NCBI GenBank assembly: GCA_965263355.1
Contig: CBDHHL010000056.1
Span: 128,001-192,000 of the forward strand
Length of the DNA: 64,000 nt
Reading direction: 5' to 3'
Source: Leptolyngbyaceae cyanobacterium
Lineage (GTDB): Bacteria; Cyanobacteriota; Cyanobacteriia; Phormidesmidales; Phormidesmidaceae
The position numbers and the translations under genes were made by a program. A model generated the notes under the pieces. It was not told where the DNA came from. It saw nothing but the letters and a program-made list of their open reading frames with translations, and ran no database searches. Below are positions 1 through 10,706 of the stretch, in pieces (the stretch's first letter is position 1; each line of letters opens with the position of its first letter).

Positions 1-114
1 GAACTATTTCCAGAAAGGGAACACGGAGGGACCCCAAGCAACATCTTAAAACTCCCCACCAACACTTACGCCACGTTTCCTAAACAGCCTCTCTAGCCAG
101 TAATACCCAGGACC

Positions 115-1197
115 ATGCTGAAAACAAAAAAGCATAAACAAACCGTGCTCAAGCGGCTGTGGGACACTCATCTTTCAGACTACGTAACCACCGTTACCTG
201 GTCCCCCGATGGCACTCACCTCGCCGCCAGTTCTGGCGCAGGCGAGGTGTTACTCTACACCCCTGAAACAGACAAATCCACCTACCTACAAAGCCCTCAG
301 GGAGAGTCTGTAGACGCCCTAGCCATCTCCGCCGATAGCCAATTTCTAGCCGCTGGAGGACAGGCCGGTACAGTCTGGATCTGGCAAATTGACAGCGATT
401 CACCCACACTGCTAACAACTTTAGAACATGCCCGCACCTGGATTGACCGTCTACAATGGCATCCCCACTCACCGGAACTCGCCTTTAGTTTTGGTCGCTA
501 CGTTCAGGTATGGCATGCCGTTGATCAAACAGTTGTCACCACCTTAAATTTTGAAGACTCTTCTGTGTTAGACCTGGCCTGGCATCCCCAGGGAACAGAG
601 CTATCACTGGGCGGTAACCAGAGCATCAAAACCTGGCAGTCCCAGGACTGGGACAAGGACCCAGAGGTGAGGGAATTGGGTGGAGCTAGCGTGGCGGTTG
701 CCTGGTCACCAGACGGCACCTATCTGGCATCGGGCAACAATGATCGGTCGGTTTTGGTGTGGGAAAAAGATCATCCCGCTCCCTGGCGGATGCAGGGATT
801 TCCTGGCAAAGTGCGACAGTTGGGTTGGTCAAAACCTACGGTAAGGGATGCACCGCTGCTAGCATCGATGAGTGGAGAAGGAATTGTTGTGTGGACAAAA
901 GCGGCTGATCCATCAGAGGGCTGGACTCCTAAGGTACTGGATTTACATGAGGGGACGGTGCAGGCAATTTCGTTTCGGCCCGGTACTCTATTACTAGCCT
1001 CTGCGGCTGAGGATGGTTGTTTGTATTTGTGGCAAAAGGCCCGTCGGATGGCGCAAGTTTTGGAAGGTGCCTCTAGCGGATTTTCGTGTCTAGATTGGTC
1101 TGCCCAGGGCACAATGCTAGCCGCTGGCGGTAGTGGCGGAGAGCTGTTTGTATGGACCGAAACAACCAAAGGAAAAGGATTTAGAACTCTTAGATAA
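115..1197 (+). CDS. WD40-repeat protein (type often found beside CobW/COG0523 genes in cyanobacteria)
   Basis: Repeated WD40 blades (AWSPDG..LASG..D..V.VW). Confidence 0.85.
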   Translation: MLKTKKHKQTVLKRLWDTHLSDYVTTVTWSPDGTHLAASSGAGEVLLYTPETDKSTYLQSPQGESVDALAISADSQFLAAGGQAGTVWIWQIDSDSPTLLTTLEHARTWIDRLQWHPHSPELAFSFGRYVQVWHAVDQTVVTTLNFEDSSVLDLAWHPQGTELSLGGNQSIKTWQSQDWDKDPEVRELGGASVAVAWSPDGTYLASGNNDRSVLVWEKDHPAPWRMQGFPGKVRQLGWSKPTVRDAPLLASMSGEGIVVWTKAADPSEGWTPKVLDLHEGTVQAISFRPGTLLLASAAEDGCLYLWQKARRMAQVLEGASSGFSCLDWSAQGTMLAAGGSGGELFVWTETTKGKGFRTLR

Positions 1198-1334
1198 TTT
1201 TTAATGAGTTATCTATTCCATAAAGTAGGATGGATATCATACTCGACACAATGTGTTGCCTTGGCGATATTAGGTAGTTCTTAAAGAGTAGGGCTATCGG
1301 TTGTGATAGCTGTAAGCTAAGGCGTATCTACTCG

Positions 1335-2144
1335 ATGGAGCTAACTATGTTAACTGAGCCTCTCAATCTCAAATCGCTTCAGGCTAAAAAAGCCTTTATC
1401 TGCGATATGGATGGCGTCATTTACCATGGCAATCAGCTACTACCAGGTGTATCTGAGTTTGTCGATTGGCTACACCAGAACAACAAAGCCTTTTTGTTTT
1501 TGACTAATAGTAGTGAGCGATCACCTCGTGAGTTAAAAGAAAAGCTCAGCCGATTAGGTATTGAGGTATCGACCAGCAACTTCTACACCAGCGCCCTAGC
1601 GACTGCTGCCTTTCTTGCTCAGCAAAAGCCTGGTGGCAGCGCTTTTGTGGTGGGAGAACCAGGCTTAATCAACGCTTTATATGAGGCAGGGTTTTCCATC
1701 AACGATACAGCTCCAGATTATGTGGTAGTGGGCGATACTCGTAGCTATAGTTACGAAAAATTAGAACAGGCCTGCTTTTTGGTGCAGAAGGGGGCAAAAC
1801 TGATTGGCACTAACCCAGATGTCACGGCTCCGTCAGAGAAAGGTATTGTTCCAGCAACAGGGGCTCTCATCTCTCCTATTGAGCAGACAACAGGCGTTAA
1901 TGCTTACTACGTGGGGAAACCCAACCCACTAATGATGCGAAACGGTCTCAAGAAGCTAGGAACACTTCGAGAGGACACAGTAATCATTGGAGACCGTATG
2001 GATACGGATATTATTGCGGGCATTGAGTCAGAGATTGAAACGGTGTTGGTGTTTAGCGGTGTTACACAACCAGAAGACCTCCACCGCTTTGCCTATCGGC
2101 CCAACTATCAGGTCTCTGGAGTAGGAGAGATTGTACCGCAGTGA
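1335..2144 (+). CDS. HAD-IIA family hydrolase (NagD-like)
   Basis: DMDGV motif I, LTNSS, GKP, IGDRMDTDI motifs. Confidence 0.9.
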   Translation: MELTMLTEPLNLKSLQAKKAFICDMDGVIYHGNQLLPGVSEFVDWLHQNNKAFLFLTNSSERSPRELKEKLSRLGIEVSTSNFYTSALATAAFLAQQKPGGSAFVVGEPGLINALYEAGFSINDTAPDYVVVGDTRSYSYEKLEQACFLVQKGAKLIGTNPDVTAPSEKGIVPATGALISPIEQTTGVNAYYVGKPNPLMMRNGLKKLGTLREDTVIIGDRMDTDIIAGIESEIETVLVFSGVTQPEDLHRFAYRPNYQVSGVGEIVPQ

Positions 2145-2706
2145 GGCGCTATGTTTTAATTCTTCTCAATTGACACGTCCTGCGAGCTATCAGCATCAGT
2201 AATCGTAGATTCCATGGTGTAGCCTCAAGCCGACACCATACAGGGCACACTGACCTGACTTTGTGGCTAGATCCCCGTTATCATACTTTTTGATCATGTA
2301 ATTTCTGTGCTTGCAGAGTAGTGCGGTATACGGTTCTGCCAGCAATACATTGCAACTAAGCTGTGGCATAGGAGTTTGGCTCGTTCCTCGCCCACATCCT
2401 ACGCTATCTCTCATAGAGGACTTATTCTGACTTCCGTAAAGGTTTGCTCTTCTCGAAGAGTATTCACTCCTAGTCGAGATTTTCTGACTTAGGTTGTTAC
2501 CTGATTGAACGACTCCAATTCAATGCTCAGAGGATAGTGACAGTGAGCGCTTAAGGTTGACAGGACAATACTGTTCGGCATAAATCCACGCATCGCCAAT
2601 AACGTTGGTCAGAGAATGGATATATCGTAGGGCAATGTTGGATTTGACAAATTTCTATGCCCAGGGGATAGAAGGTGCAGAAATGATTTGCACGTTTATG
2701 ATAAAA

Positions 2707-2721
2707 TGATAATCATTCTCA
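2707..2721. promoter_or_regulatory. Putative Zur/Fur-family operator upstream of cysS
   Basis: TGATAATCATTCTCA is the 7-1-7 palindrome TGATAATnATTATCA with one mismatch, ~70 bp before the ATG. Confidence 0.65.
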
Positions 2722-2789
2722 TAATACTGGATGTCTGTCCTAGTTCACCCTTGCGCTCCCATTACTGTTTTTAGTTAACACCATTCTCT

Positions 2790-4094
2790 ATGAACCTCAC
2801 CCTTCATAACACCCTGACAGGCCGAAAGGAGCCATTTGTCTCTATTCATCCGGAACAAGTGGTGATGTATTGCTGTGGTGTGACGGTCTATGACCATTGC
2901 CACTTAGGGCATGCTCGTTCATACATGGGTTGGGATGTGTTGCGACGTTATTTGCAGTGGTGTGGATACACAGTGCGCTATGTGCAGAACTTTACAGATA
3001 TTGACGACAAGATTCTCAATCGTGCCAAGGTAGAAGGGGTAACGATGCAGGAGGTGAGCGATCGCTACATTGCTGCCTATTTTCAAGATATTCGCCGACT
3101 CAATATTCTCGATGCCGATGACTACCCTCGTGTGACAGAGCACATCCCTGCCATTCATCAATTGATCCAGGCACTAGAACAGCAAGGATACGCCTATGCG
3201 ATCGATGGTGATGTTTACTACAGCGTGCGGCAGTTCGAAGAGTATGGCAAGCTCTCTGGACGGAAGCTGGAGCAACTGCAGGCGGGTGCCGGGGGACGGG
3301 TTGCTCCTGATGCTCCAGGCCAAAAGAAGCGCGATCCGTTCGACTTTGCTCTATGGAAATCGGCAAAACCGGGTGAACCTGCCTGGGAGTCGCCTTGGGG
3401 AATGGGACGACCAGGGTGGCACATTGAATGCTCGGCCATGATTCGGGCGCGATTGGGCGAAACCATTGACATTCACGGTGGGGGAGGCGATCTGGTGTTT
3501 CCCCACCATGAAAACGAGATTGCTCAATCAGAAGCGGTAACTGGACAACCGCTAGCGCGTTACTGGCTGCACAATGGGATGGTGACGGTGAATGGGGAAA
3601 AAATGTCGAAATCCCTGGGCAATTTCACTACGATCCGGGACCTGCTGGATGGGGTGTGGGCAGAATATCCGCAACCGATAGACCCGATGGCGGTGCGACT
3701 GTTTGTGCTGCAGGGGCATTATCGGAAACCGTTGGATTTTACGAAGGATGCGATCTCAGCTGCGGTCAACGGTTGGCAAACGCTAAAAGCTGGACTTCTC
3801 TTTGGCAACCATCATCAAGCCGCATTGGCATGGCCAGACATCCAGTCTTTCCCACAGGAACCCAGCTCAGAAGACCCGTGGGTCAAACGGTTCCAAGCCG
3901 CCATGGACGATGATCTGAATACATCAGGTGCTCTGGCGGTGCTGTTTGAGCTGGCCAAAGGGCTGCAGCGAGAGGGGAATCGTCTGGTGCACGAAGGGCA
4001 GACTCAAGTCAGTCCGGAGCTGCTTTGGCAGCAGTGGCAAACTTTGGTGTATCTGGCTCAGGTTGTGGGGTTAGAGTTCGATATATTTACCTAA
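2790..4094 (+). CDS. cysS: Cysteine--tRNA ligase, lacking the usual C-terminal ~50 aa
   Basis: [31 protein letters not shown] motifs; ends at ...GLEFDIFT (434 aa). Confidence 0.85.
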   Translation: MNLTLHNTLTGRKEPFVSIHPEQVVMYCCGVTVYDHCHLGHARSYMGWDVLRRYLQWCGYTVRYVQNFTDIDDKILNRAKVEGVTMQEVSDRYIAAYFQDIRRLNILDADDYPRVTEHIPAIHQLIQALEQQGYAYAIDGDVYYSVRQFEEYGKLSGRKLEQLQAGAGGRVAPDAPGQKKRDPFDFALWKSAKPGEPAWESPWGMGRPGWHIECSAMIRARLGETIDIHGGGGDLVFPHHENEIAQSEAVTGQPLARYWLHNGMVTVNGEKMSKSLGNFTTIRDLLDGVWAEYPQPIDPMAVRLFVLQGHYRKPLDFTKDAISAAVNGWQTLKAGLLFGNHHQAALAWPDIQSFPQEPSSEDPWVKRFQAAMDDDLNTSGALAVLFELAKGLQREGNRLVHEGQTQVSPELLWQQWQTLVYLAQVVGLEFDIFT

Positions 4095-4339
4095 TTTGAG
4101 TGTATTATGTGGACAACTTGCAGCCTATCCACCTGACTTGGCGAGATATACTGCGAAGAATCAATATATTCACCCTGTTTCAGGCAGATAGACTGAAACT
4201 ATCAGTCTAATAAGAGTTAGCTGGCTTTACTTCTATGCGTGTAGAGTTCTGCTAAGTTACTTGAGAGGGACTAATCAGTTACTCCTTAGCGCGCCAAACT
4301 TTGACTATGCATTCTAGATTTAAAGAAGATTTAAACAAC

Positions 4340-4431
4340 TAAGTAGGTGGCCAAAACTATTCAATATCCCGAATACTGCCAGATAGGCAGCTTAGCGATT
4401 CAGAGCTACGTTTACTTATGGCACCTACTTA
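4340..4431. repeat. MITE-like element with terminal inverted repeats
   Basis: TAAGTAGGTG at 4340 and CACCTACTTA ending at 4431; non-coding interior. Confidence 0.65.
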
Positions 4432-4526
4432 AGATGTTGAGGCAACATATAATTTGAAAGCCTTACTTAACTTAGGGTTAGGAGTTGATAGAAGAACCGA
4501 GTCCAATAACTAAGTAAAATATTTTT

Positions 4527-5348
4527 ATGGCATTTATCCTCGATCTTGAGCCACTACGTCAAAAACTAGCTATAGGAACTAATTTAAGGGTACTTCGGAA
4601 GGAATGGATGGCTTACCTAGCTTTCTATCTCAAGCCTTACCCTCCTGAGCAGATACGTATTGTCCTATTTGCTCAGGGTCGTACAGGTAGCACACTCCTT
4701 GAAAATCTAACTTGCTCGACAAACAAGTTTCAAGAAAATGGGGAACTACTCTCTTGGCGTAATAGTCCATTTAAACGGAGATTTCTTCTGCCATATCAGT
4801 ATGTTTGCGGCCTTGCTAAACTTTCAAAAAAGAATTTCATATTTCATGTGAAGCTTTATCATCTTACTGAAGAGCAGAAAATCGAGCCATCATTTTTTTT
4901 ACAGAAACTAGCCGAGGCAAGATGGAAGATAATTTATTTACATAGAGAGAATAGAGTTATGCATGTAATATCTAATCTTTTGGCCAAGAAACGTAAGGGT
5001 TACCATAAGTTTAAAGACGACGAAGAAGACTTACGCATAAAAGTTGATCTTAGTCATTTTGTTGCAGGGATTAACAAAAGGGAAAGATACTTTCAGGAGG
5101 AACAAGAATGTCTAAAATCTTTAGAGCATATTGAAATTGTCTATGAAAGAGATCTAAAGGATAGCTCATCACATCAGGAAACAGCTAATAAGATTTTTGA
5201 CTTTCTCGGGATAAGTCATCAGAATGTCAATACAAAACTAAGAAAAATAAATACGCAGTCACTAAAAGATATTGTGATTAACTATAGTGAATTTAGACAA
5301 TGTATTTTCGATAATGGATGGGATATGTTCCTAGAGGAGGAAAGATAA
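4527..5348 (+). CDS. Sulfotransferase family protein (Stf0-like)
   Basis: PAPS-binding loop LFAQGRTGSTLL, IIYLHREN, YE motif; AT-rich. Confidence 0.75.
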   Translation: MAFILDLEPLRQKLAIGTNLRVLRKEWMAYLAFYLKPYPPEQIRIVLFAQGRTGSTLLENLTCSTNKFQENGELLSWRNSPFKRRFLLPYQYVCGLAKLSKKNFIFHVKLYHLTEEQKIEPSFFLQKLAEARWKIIYLHRENRVMHVISNLLAKKRKGYHKFKDDEEDLRIKVDLSHFVAGINKRERYFQEEQECLKSLEHIEIVYERDLKDSSSHQETANKIFDFLGISHQNVNTKLRKINTQSLKDIVINYSEFRQCIFDNGWDMFLEEER

Positions 5349-5488
5349 TCTAAACTTCATAAAATATGATTTATCTTCTGATGTGTGGACGTTGATTTTT
5401 TTTAAGTTTCTAACAAGAACATTTGGGATTCAAGAGTAACGAAATATAATAACCCCTAAACTGAAAGTATGTGGAAGACGCTACATCT

Positions 5489-5797
5489 CTATGATTTTAT
5501 GCTACATATTAAACTTAGCGAGGTGTAGGCGAGAAACTGAATCTTATAACGGCTGGTTAGACCAATATGTTCTCCAATGATCCTTGGTGTAAGTGGACCA
5601 TCTTCCAAAAGATTAAGCGATCGCAAATCATTGCGGTGTATGCCGAAGTGTTCGGAAATTGCATAGTCAATCGCATTGCAGGCCGCATGGATCCTTCGGC
5701 CTGCAATGATTAAGGTTTCGAGGTTTTTACTGTCATTCAAAATATTTGCCTTGACGATCAAGATTCTTTGGGCTCTACTTGTATCAAGTATGGACAA
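5489..5797 (-). pseudogene. MarR-family regulator, truncated within the wHTH
   Basis: ..GIHRNDLRSLNLLEDGPLTPRIIGEHIGLTS then unrelated sequence. Confidence 0.6.
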
Positions 5798-5856
5798 CTT
5801 GCATTAAGGAATGGGTGTCAAGATATAGCCGTCATCAATCTTGAATGGAGAAATAA

Positions 5857-6120
5857 ATGGGAATTGTTCTGTCTGGGGTGATCTGGCTCGTCGTTTTATT
5901 ACTCATGCTAGTGATCTTTCTGCCTAATGCTGTCCGAGATTCAGAGAAGATTGTTGTTAACGTCCCAGCCGAGCAAGTGTATGACAATATCCGATGGCAA
6001 GCGAGACTGATGCAATGGTCTCCATGGCCTGAAGCAACTGGCTCAACCTGTTCGGTCGAGAATACGGATGGGAGAGTTGGTGCCCGGACTATCTTTTCAA
6101 GGTTTGAAAACTTATTCTGA
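5857..6120 (+). pseudogene. SRPBCC/polyketide-cyclase family protein, 3'-truncated
   Basis: TM + IVVNVPAEQVY..WSPW..GRVGA, only 87 aa. Confidence 0.55.
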
Positions 6121-6193
6121 ATTACGAAAAGCCCTGTAATGTGCTGGTTTCTTGTTGATCGTTTTTTGATGAAGGGTTAGTGATTTGAGTGAG

Positions 6194-6277
6194 ATCTAAC
6201 AATGCCCATACACTCGATCGAGAGGTTTTCAGTGAGCATTCAAGGTCATTTACGGTGGTTAATGGTCAACGTTAGGC
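6194..6277 (+). other. attC-like recombination site
   Basis: R'' ATCTAAC (6194-6200) ... R' GTTAGGC (6271-6277), 84 bp imperfect palindrome. Confidence 0.55.
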
Positions 6278-6370
6278 AATTCATTTTGTCTGGTTTTTCA
6301 AATACCTAAGGAAACTACTTGCCTAGCGATGTACTGATAAGGTAATAATCAAGACAGATAAGGAGGCTAC

Positions 6371-7225
6371 TTGAACAGTTCACTTCGTGTATGGTTAGGC
6401 GCTAAGAAACGTCGAATGAAAAATATCGTCGGGTTGCCTCGCCAAAAAACTTCATCGCCTCCTCCACCGCCCCCAGGACATGTGATTGGTGCGCCTGACT
6501 TTGTCGGCATCGGAGCGCAAAAATCGGGGACCTCGTGGTGGTATCACGTACTAACAGCTCACCAAGGAGTTTATCACCCGTCCTGGATGGACAAATACGT
6601 CCATCCATCCTATCTAAACAAGGAACGTCACTTTTTTGATAGCTTCGCGGAACGCTCTTGGGATCCAAGCCACATTGAAGAGTATCACGCTTGGTTTCCC
6701 CGCCCTGCCGACACTATTACTGGGGAATGGACACCTCGATATCTTTGTGACTTCTGGACCCCACCACTCTTGAAGCAAGCGGCACCTGAAGCCCGAATTC
6801 TTGTCATGCTGCGAGATCCCGTCCAGCGGTTCTTCTCGGGACTTCAACACTCACAGCGTGGCAGTGAGAGATTGACACTGGATAAGTTTAACGAACACGC
6901 AGCACGTGGGCTGTACAGCCAAGGTCTTCACTACTGGTTGAATTGGTTCGACCCCGCTCAGATTCTCGTACTTCAGTACGAGCGTTGCATAGCTGACCCA
7001 ATGCCACAACTTGTCCGCACCTGTAACTTCCTCGGGTTAGATACTACATCACTTAAGGCGTGCGAGAAACGCTTCGGCCTTCGAATCAATGCAGGTCTGC
7101 CAAAGTCAGTATCGCTAAAGTCACATTTGGTCGAGCCCCTTAGAGAGTACTATCGAGCCGATATCCTCAGTTTGGTCGAGTCTTTCCCATCCATTGATCC
7201 AACTCTGTGGCTGGAATCCCGTTAA
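6371..7225 (+). CDS. Sulfotransferase (Sulfotransfer_1 type)
   Basis: PDFVGIGAQKSGTS 5'PSB loop, KE.HFF, GEWTPRY, LRDPVQRFFS 3'PB; AGGAGG before TTG. Confidence 0.85.
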   Translation: MNSSLRVWLGAKKRRMKNIVGLPRQKTSSPPPPPPGHVIGAPDFVGIGAQKSGTSWWYHVLTAHQGVYHPSWMDKYVHPSYLNKERHFFDSFAERSWDPSHIEEYHAWFPRPADTITGEWTPRYLCDFWTPPLLKQAAPEARILVMLRDPVQRFFSGLQHSQRGSERLTLDKFNEHAARGLYSQGLHYWLNWFDPAQILVLQYERCIADPMPQLVRTCNFLGLDTTSLKACEKRFGLRINAGLPKSVSLKSHLVEPLREYYRADILSLVESFPSIDPTLWLESR

Positions 7226-7372
7226 CGATGAATTAGCCCTCAAAGGAGTACTTTGTAAGTCAAACCGAGAAAATTTTCGATTATCTATCTTGGCGATGAT
7301 GATGAGTGAATGGCCTCCTCTAGAAAGTTGGTTTCAGTAGATTCCTTCTAGGAAATTAAGAGAGCTTTAGAT

Positions 7373-7933
7373 ATGAAAAAAAAATCTAAACCAAAGATAT
7401 TTAGTAAGTGCAAGTTTGTACTACTTATCCTGCTATTAATCATGGGATTGACTATACCCTACGGTCTTAAATTTTTATCGCCTCGTTTGGAGCCTTATCC
7501 AGCAATTATTTTTCCTGCTGGATCCGGAACGGTTAGACAGTCTGAGGGTAAGTTTAGATTTAGAACTATTAATATTTACTGCCTTGATTTATCGACGGAG
7601 GAGTGGATGAAACAAGACACATCTAGCTTCTTATCACCAATTCCTCGTCGGTATTTTAGCGCTATCGTAAAGAATGAATTTGGGCTAAACCCTAATTTAA
7701 AGCATACGGTAAAGTTTAGAAAAAACATTTTTCCGAGCTTTACTTATATGAACTCTAATGCTTTGGATGCAGCAAACATAGACCGTACTAAAGCGTGGCT
7801 TAGAGGTAAGCTTCTAAAACATGGGTGCAAAGATGACTCCTTGTTAATAAGAACAACACTGATGTCAGCGAATTTAAAAACTAAAGTGGTTTCTGAAATT
7901 AAGATTATGGATGAACAACTCTTTAAGTTATGA
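7373..7933 (+). CDS. Hypothetical protein with N-terminal TM, coupled to next gene
   Basis: 186-aa ORF overlapping the start of the 7930 ORF (ATGA). Confidence 0.6.
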   Translation: MKKKSKPKIFSKCKFVLLILLLIMGLTIPYGLKFLSPRLEPYPAIIFPAGSGTVRQSEGKFRFRTINIYCLDLSTEEWMKQDTSSFLSPIPRRYFSAIVKNEFGLNPNLKHTVKFRKNIFPSFTYMNSNALDAANIDRTKAWLRGKLLKHGCKDDSLLIRTTLMSANLKTKVVSEIKIMDEQLFKL

Positions 7934-9051
7934 AAAGCCCTGTTCTATTTGCTGAAAAAATCATCAAGAAGATCCTTACAAGAATTCAGAGATCAGTCCC
8001 CATCCCCGAATGGCATTCATCAATTTTCCGAATATTTCTTGGGATATACATTCTTCTTTTTTCCATTTCCGAATTTGGATGGATAAATGACGTTCCTAAA
8101 AGTTTATTTAACCCTCCTCTTATTAGCTTGTCTAGATTATTTTCTGGTTTTCCGTCTGGAATTCTATTTTATCTAAACATTCTGATTGTCTTGTTTGCAG
8201 TATTCATCACATTAGGTATTCGTTCACGAGCTTCAAGTCTTACCTTTGTCGTAATTAATATATTTGGCGATTCATTCATATATAGTTTTGGCAAAATAGA
8301 TCATGGCGGAGTCATGCTGATAGCGACTCTTGTTTGCTTCTCATTTTCAAATTGGGGAACTAAGAATGCTCTCATCCCAGATAAGTATTGCCCATATCAC
8401 AAACTCTCTAGTGTGCTACTAGCCATATTATTGGCATTTGGGATGTTTACAGCAGGATTTGAAAAGCTCATATTCTGGGTAGATTTTGACTTAAGCACTA
8501 ACGGGTTTTTAAGCTGGTTCTACCCTGGATACTTTAATTTGGGTAAGCAAGAACTTTTGGCTAATTTAGTCTTCTATCTTCCTACACCATTTCTAGAGAT
8601 ACTTGATTATTCCGCTGTCATATTTGAACTAGCACCCTTTTTATGCTTGATAGCTGGTGCCCGCTTTTGGAAGTCTTGGCTCTTACTAGCTTGTGTATTT
8701 CATCTAGCGAACGCATGTCTCTTAAATATTACGTTTCTTAACCACCTTCCAATATATTGTGCTTTCTTTCTGTATCCAACGCTAGATCGAGCAAAGCTTG
8801 AGAAGACTATGCAAATGAAGAGGCTGATAAGGTTTACTTATATTTTAGCTATTTTATTAGGTGCCATGCATATTGCTCTTCGGCTTAGGGGGGATGGTGT
8901 TGCCTCTCTTTTAATATCTGCCGATGGTATCTCAAAACTTTGGTTCTCTTTAATCCTTTGGCCTGGAGCAATTATTCTAGGTTTTCTTGGCTTATTTTCT
9001 CACCACAGAAAACCTTTTAACCTCTTCAACTTGAACCATGAGAAATCATGA
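7930..9051 (+). CDS. Multi-TM membrane protein, HTTM-like
   Basis: Many hydrophobic segments, SFGKIDH, AG.EK, FELAPF, FHL motifs. Confidence 0.55.
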   Translation: MKSPVLFAEKIIKKILTRIQRSVPIPEWHSSIFRIFLGIYILLFSISEFGWINDVPKSLFNPPLISLSRLFSGFPSGILFYLNILIVLFAVFITLGIRSRASSLTFVVINIFGDSFIYSFGKIDHGGVMLIATLVCFSFSNWGTKNALIPDKYCPYHKLSSVLLAILLAFGMFTAGFEKLIFWVDFDLSTNGFLSWFYPGYFNLGKQELLANLVFYLPTPFLEILDYSAVIFELAPFLCLIAGARFWKSWLLLACVFHLANACLLNITFLNHLPIYCAFFLYPTLDRAKLEKTMQMKRLIRFTYILAILLGAMHIALRLRGDGVASLLISADGISKLWFSLILWPGAIILGFLGLFSHHRKPFNLFNLNHEKS

Positions 9052-9331
9052 ATGTTGTCTAACATAGTCCCTGAGGCGGACGAGGTCAATAGCAAAGGCT
9101 AAACTTCTTTTTCTAGTTAAGCTTGAGTCTGTATTCAGACATGCAGGATTAACCTGATACTCAGTTGTTCAGGGAGGAGATTGTTCTCTCTCAGAGAGGG
9201 CTGCTTTGCTGTATGACCGTGAATACGGGTTAGCTGTTCATCGGATATTGCTCCAAGTGATTACATCGAGTGCTCGATCTTGTTGTTGTAGTTGTAGTAG
9301 TTGTTGTTATCTGCCTTTAAAGTATTACTTG

Positions 9332-10675
9332 TTATTTTTGTGATTGTTGTTTAGGTTGTTGTTGAACGCCCAATAACTTTGCTAGTGGGGACTTTTTGCG
9401 TCTCAGTACAGCTATGTATTTTTCTTCATCATAAGGGACACCATCTTGCCAACAGCGCCAGAGAATTCTTCCCCACTTATAGGCCAAGGCACGAATCGCT
9501 TTAGGATGACTTTTACCTGATTGCTTCTGCTGTAGATAAAAGGCTTGGGACCAAGTCGAATGTCGACGCGCTTGATCGACCCATTCAACAAAGGTTTGTC
9601 TGAGGAAAATTGGACATGACCAACGCCAATGAACCCAGCACTTTTTGCCGCTTTCCTCCTTGACAGGGGCAATACCGATATAGCTCATAAAGGCCTGAGC
9701 CGACGTAAAGCGCGTGCGGTCTTCGCCAAAGGCGACTAACAGTCGTGGCGCTAGATGCGGTCCGGCTCCCGGTAAGGCCTGAAATAACTCGGCATCTGGC
9801 AATGACTCAAACAGGTTAGCAATCTGTTGGTTAAATTCAGTTAATTGTTGTAAAACAACCTTAAGCAGAGTGATTAGACTTAAAGTCAGTGTTTTAGCCG
9901 GTATCACAATGGCGTCATCCTCAGTCAGCGGTGGGCCTGCGTCTTTGATTTGCTGAATCCTACGCTGAATCGTCGTCCGTCGAACAACATGATGGCGATG
10001 GAAAAACTGAGTGATTGTTTCAGGGGTTGCTGCTTGGGCCGCTTTGACATCGTCGAACTGCTCAATAAACTCACAAAAGACCTGCGTATCTTTATCTCTA
10101 AACCAATCAAGAACTTGAGGAAAATAGGATTTGAGTGATGCGGTGATACGGTTAGTCAAACGCACCTTTTCGCCCACTAACATCCGACGCGATTCTACCC
10201 ATTGTCTGAGGGCACGATGTTCAGGGCACCCTGCCACCCAAGCCTTTAGTTTATTGCCATGCTTACGCATTAACTCCACCAGAATACGGGCATCTACGGG
10301 GTCGGATTTGGCTCGTGATGGCTGAAACGCTTTTCGATAGTTGGCCACCGTTCTGGGATTAATGGGAAACAGCACTAAATTGTCATACTGACACAGCGCA
10401 TAGAGTAGAGGCCCTCGCTGTTGTTCAAGAGCAACCGCAATTTTGCCAGGACCATACCGTTCTCGGAGTTGTGTGACCCAATCCAGAATAGCTTGAGGAT
10501 GGTTTTGAATAATACTATTTTTCCAGGTGTCTGTTGCACAGTCATATACCGCAATGTCATTTTTTCGGTCAGCCCAGTCAATGCCCACATAGGCCACATA
10601 GTCAATCGACTCGATGGCCTTAGGCATAGGTGTTTCTGAAGCTGAGTCTGTAGTTATGGTTGGGGCTATTGTCAT
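9332..10675 (-). CDS. IS110-family recombinase/transposase
   Basis: RuvC-like DEDD (GIDWAD, ALEQ, KSDPVDA) and Tnp domain PGAG..LA, GIAPV..ESG. Confidence 0.93.
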   Translation of the reverse strand: MTIAPTITTDSASETPMPKAIESIDYVAYVGIDWADRKNDIAVYDCATDTWKNSIIQNHPQAILDWVTQLRERYGPGKIAVALEQQRGPLLYALCQYDNLVLFPINPRTVANYRKAFQPSRAKSDPVDARILVELMRKHGNKLKAWVAGCPEHRALRQWVESRRMLVGEKVRLTNRITASLKSYFPQVLDWFRDKDTQVFCEFIEQFDDVKAAQAATPETITQFFHRHHVVRRTTIQRRIQQIKDAGPPLTEDDAIVIPAKTLTLSLITLLKVVLQQLTEFNQQIANLFESLPDAELFQALPGAGPHLAPRLLVAFGEDRTRFTSAQAFMSYIGIAPVKEESGKKCWVHWRWSCPIFLRQTFVEWVDQARRHSTWSQAFYLQQKQSGKSHPKAIRALAYKWGRILWRCWQDGVPYDEEKYIAVLRRKKSPLAKLLGVQQQPKQQSQK

Positions 10676-10706
10676 TGTGTTAGATTAGAAGCCAATTTGT
10701 TTAACA

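Noticed and set aside
2150..2700. Short ORFs between nagD-like gene and cysS
   Set aside because: No recognisable motifs or RBS support.
9137..9147. AGACATGCAGG shared with 10951-10961
   Set aside because: An 11-bp match with no surrounding hairpin homology; may be chance.
9279..9310. GTT/GTA trinucleotide run in the IS110 3' end
   Set aside because: Short low-complexity tract with no evident function.
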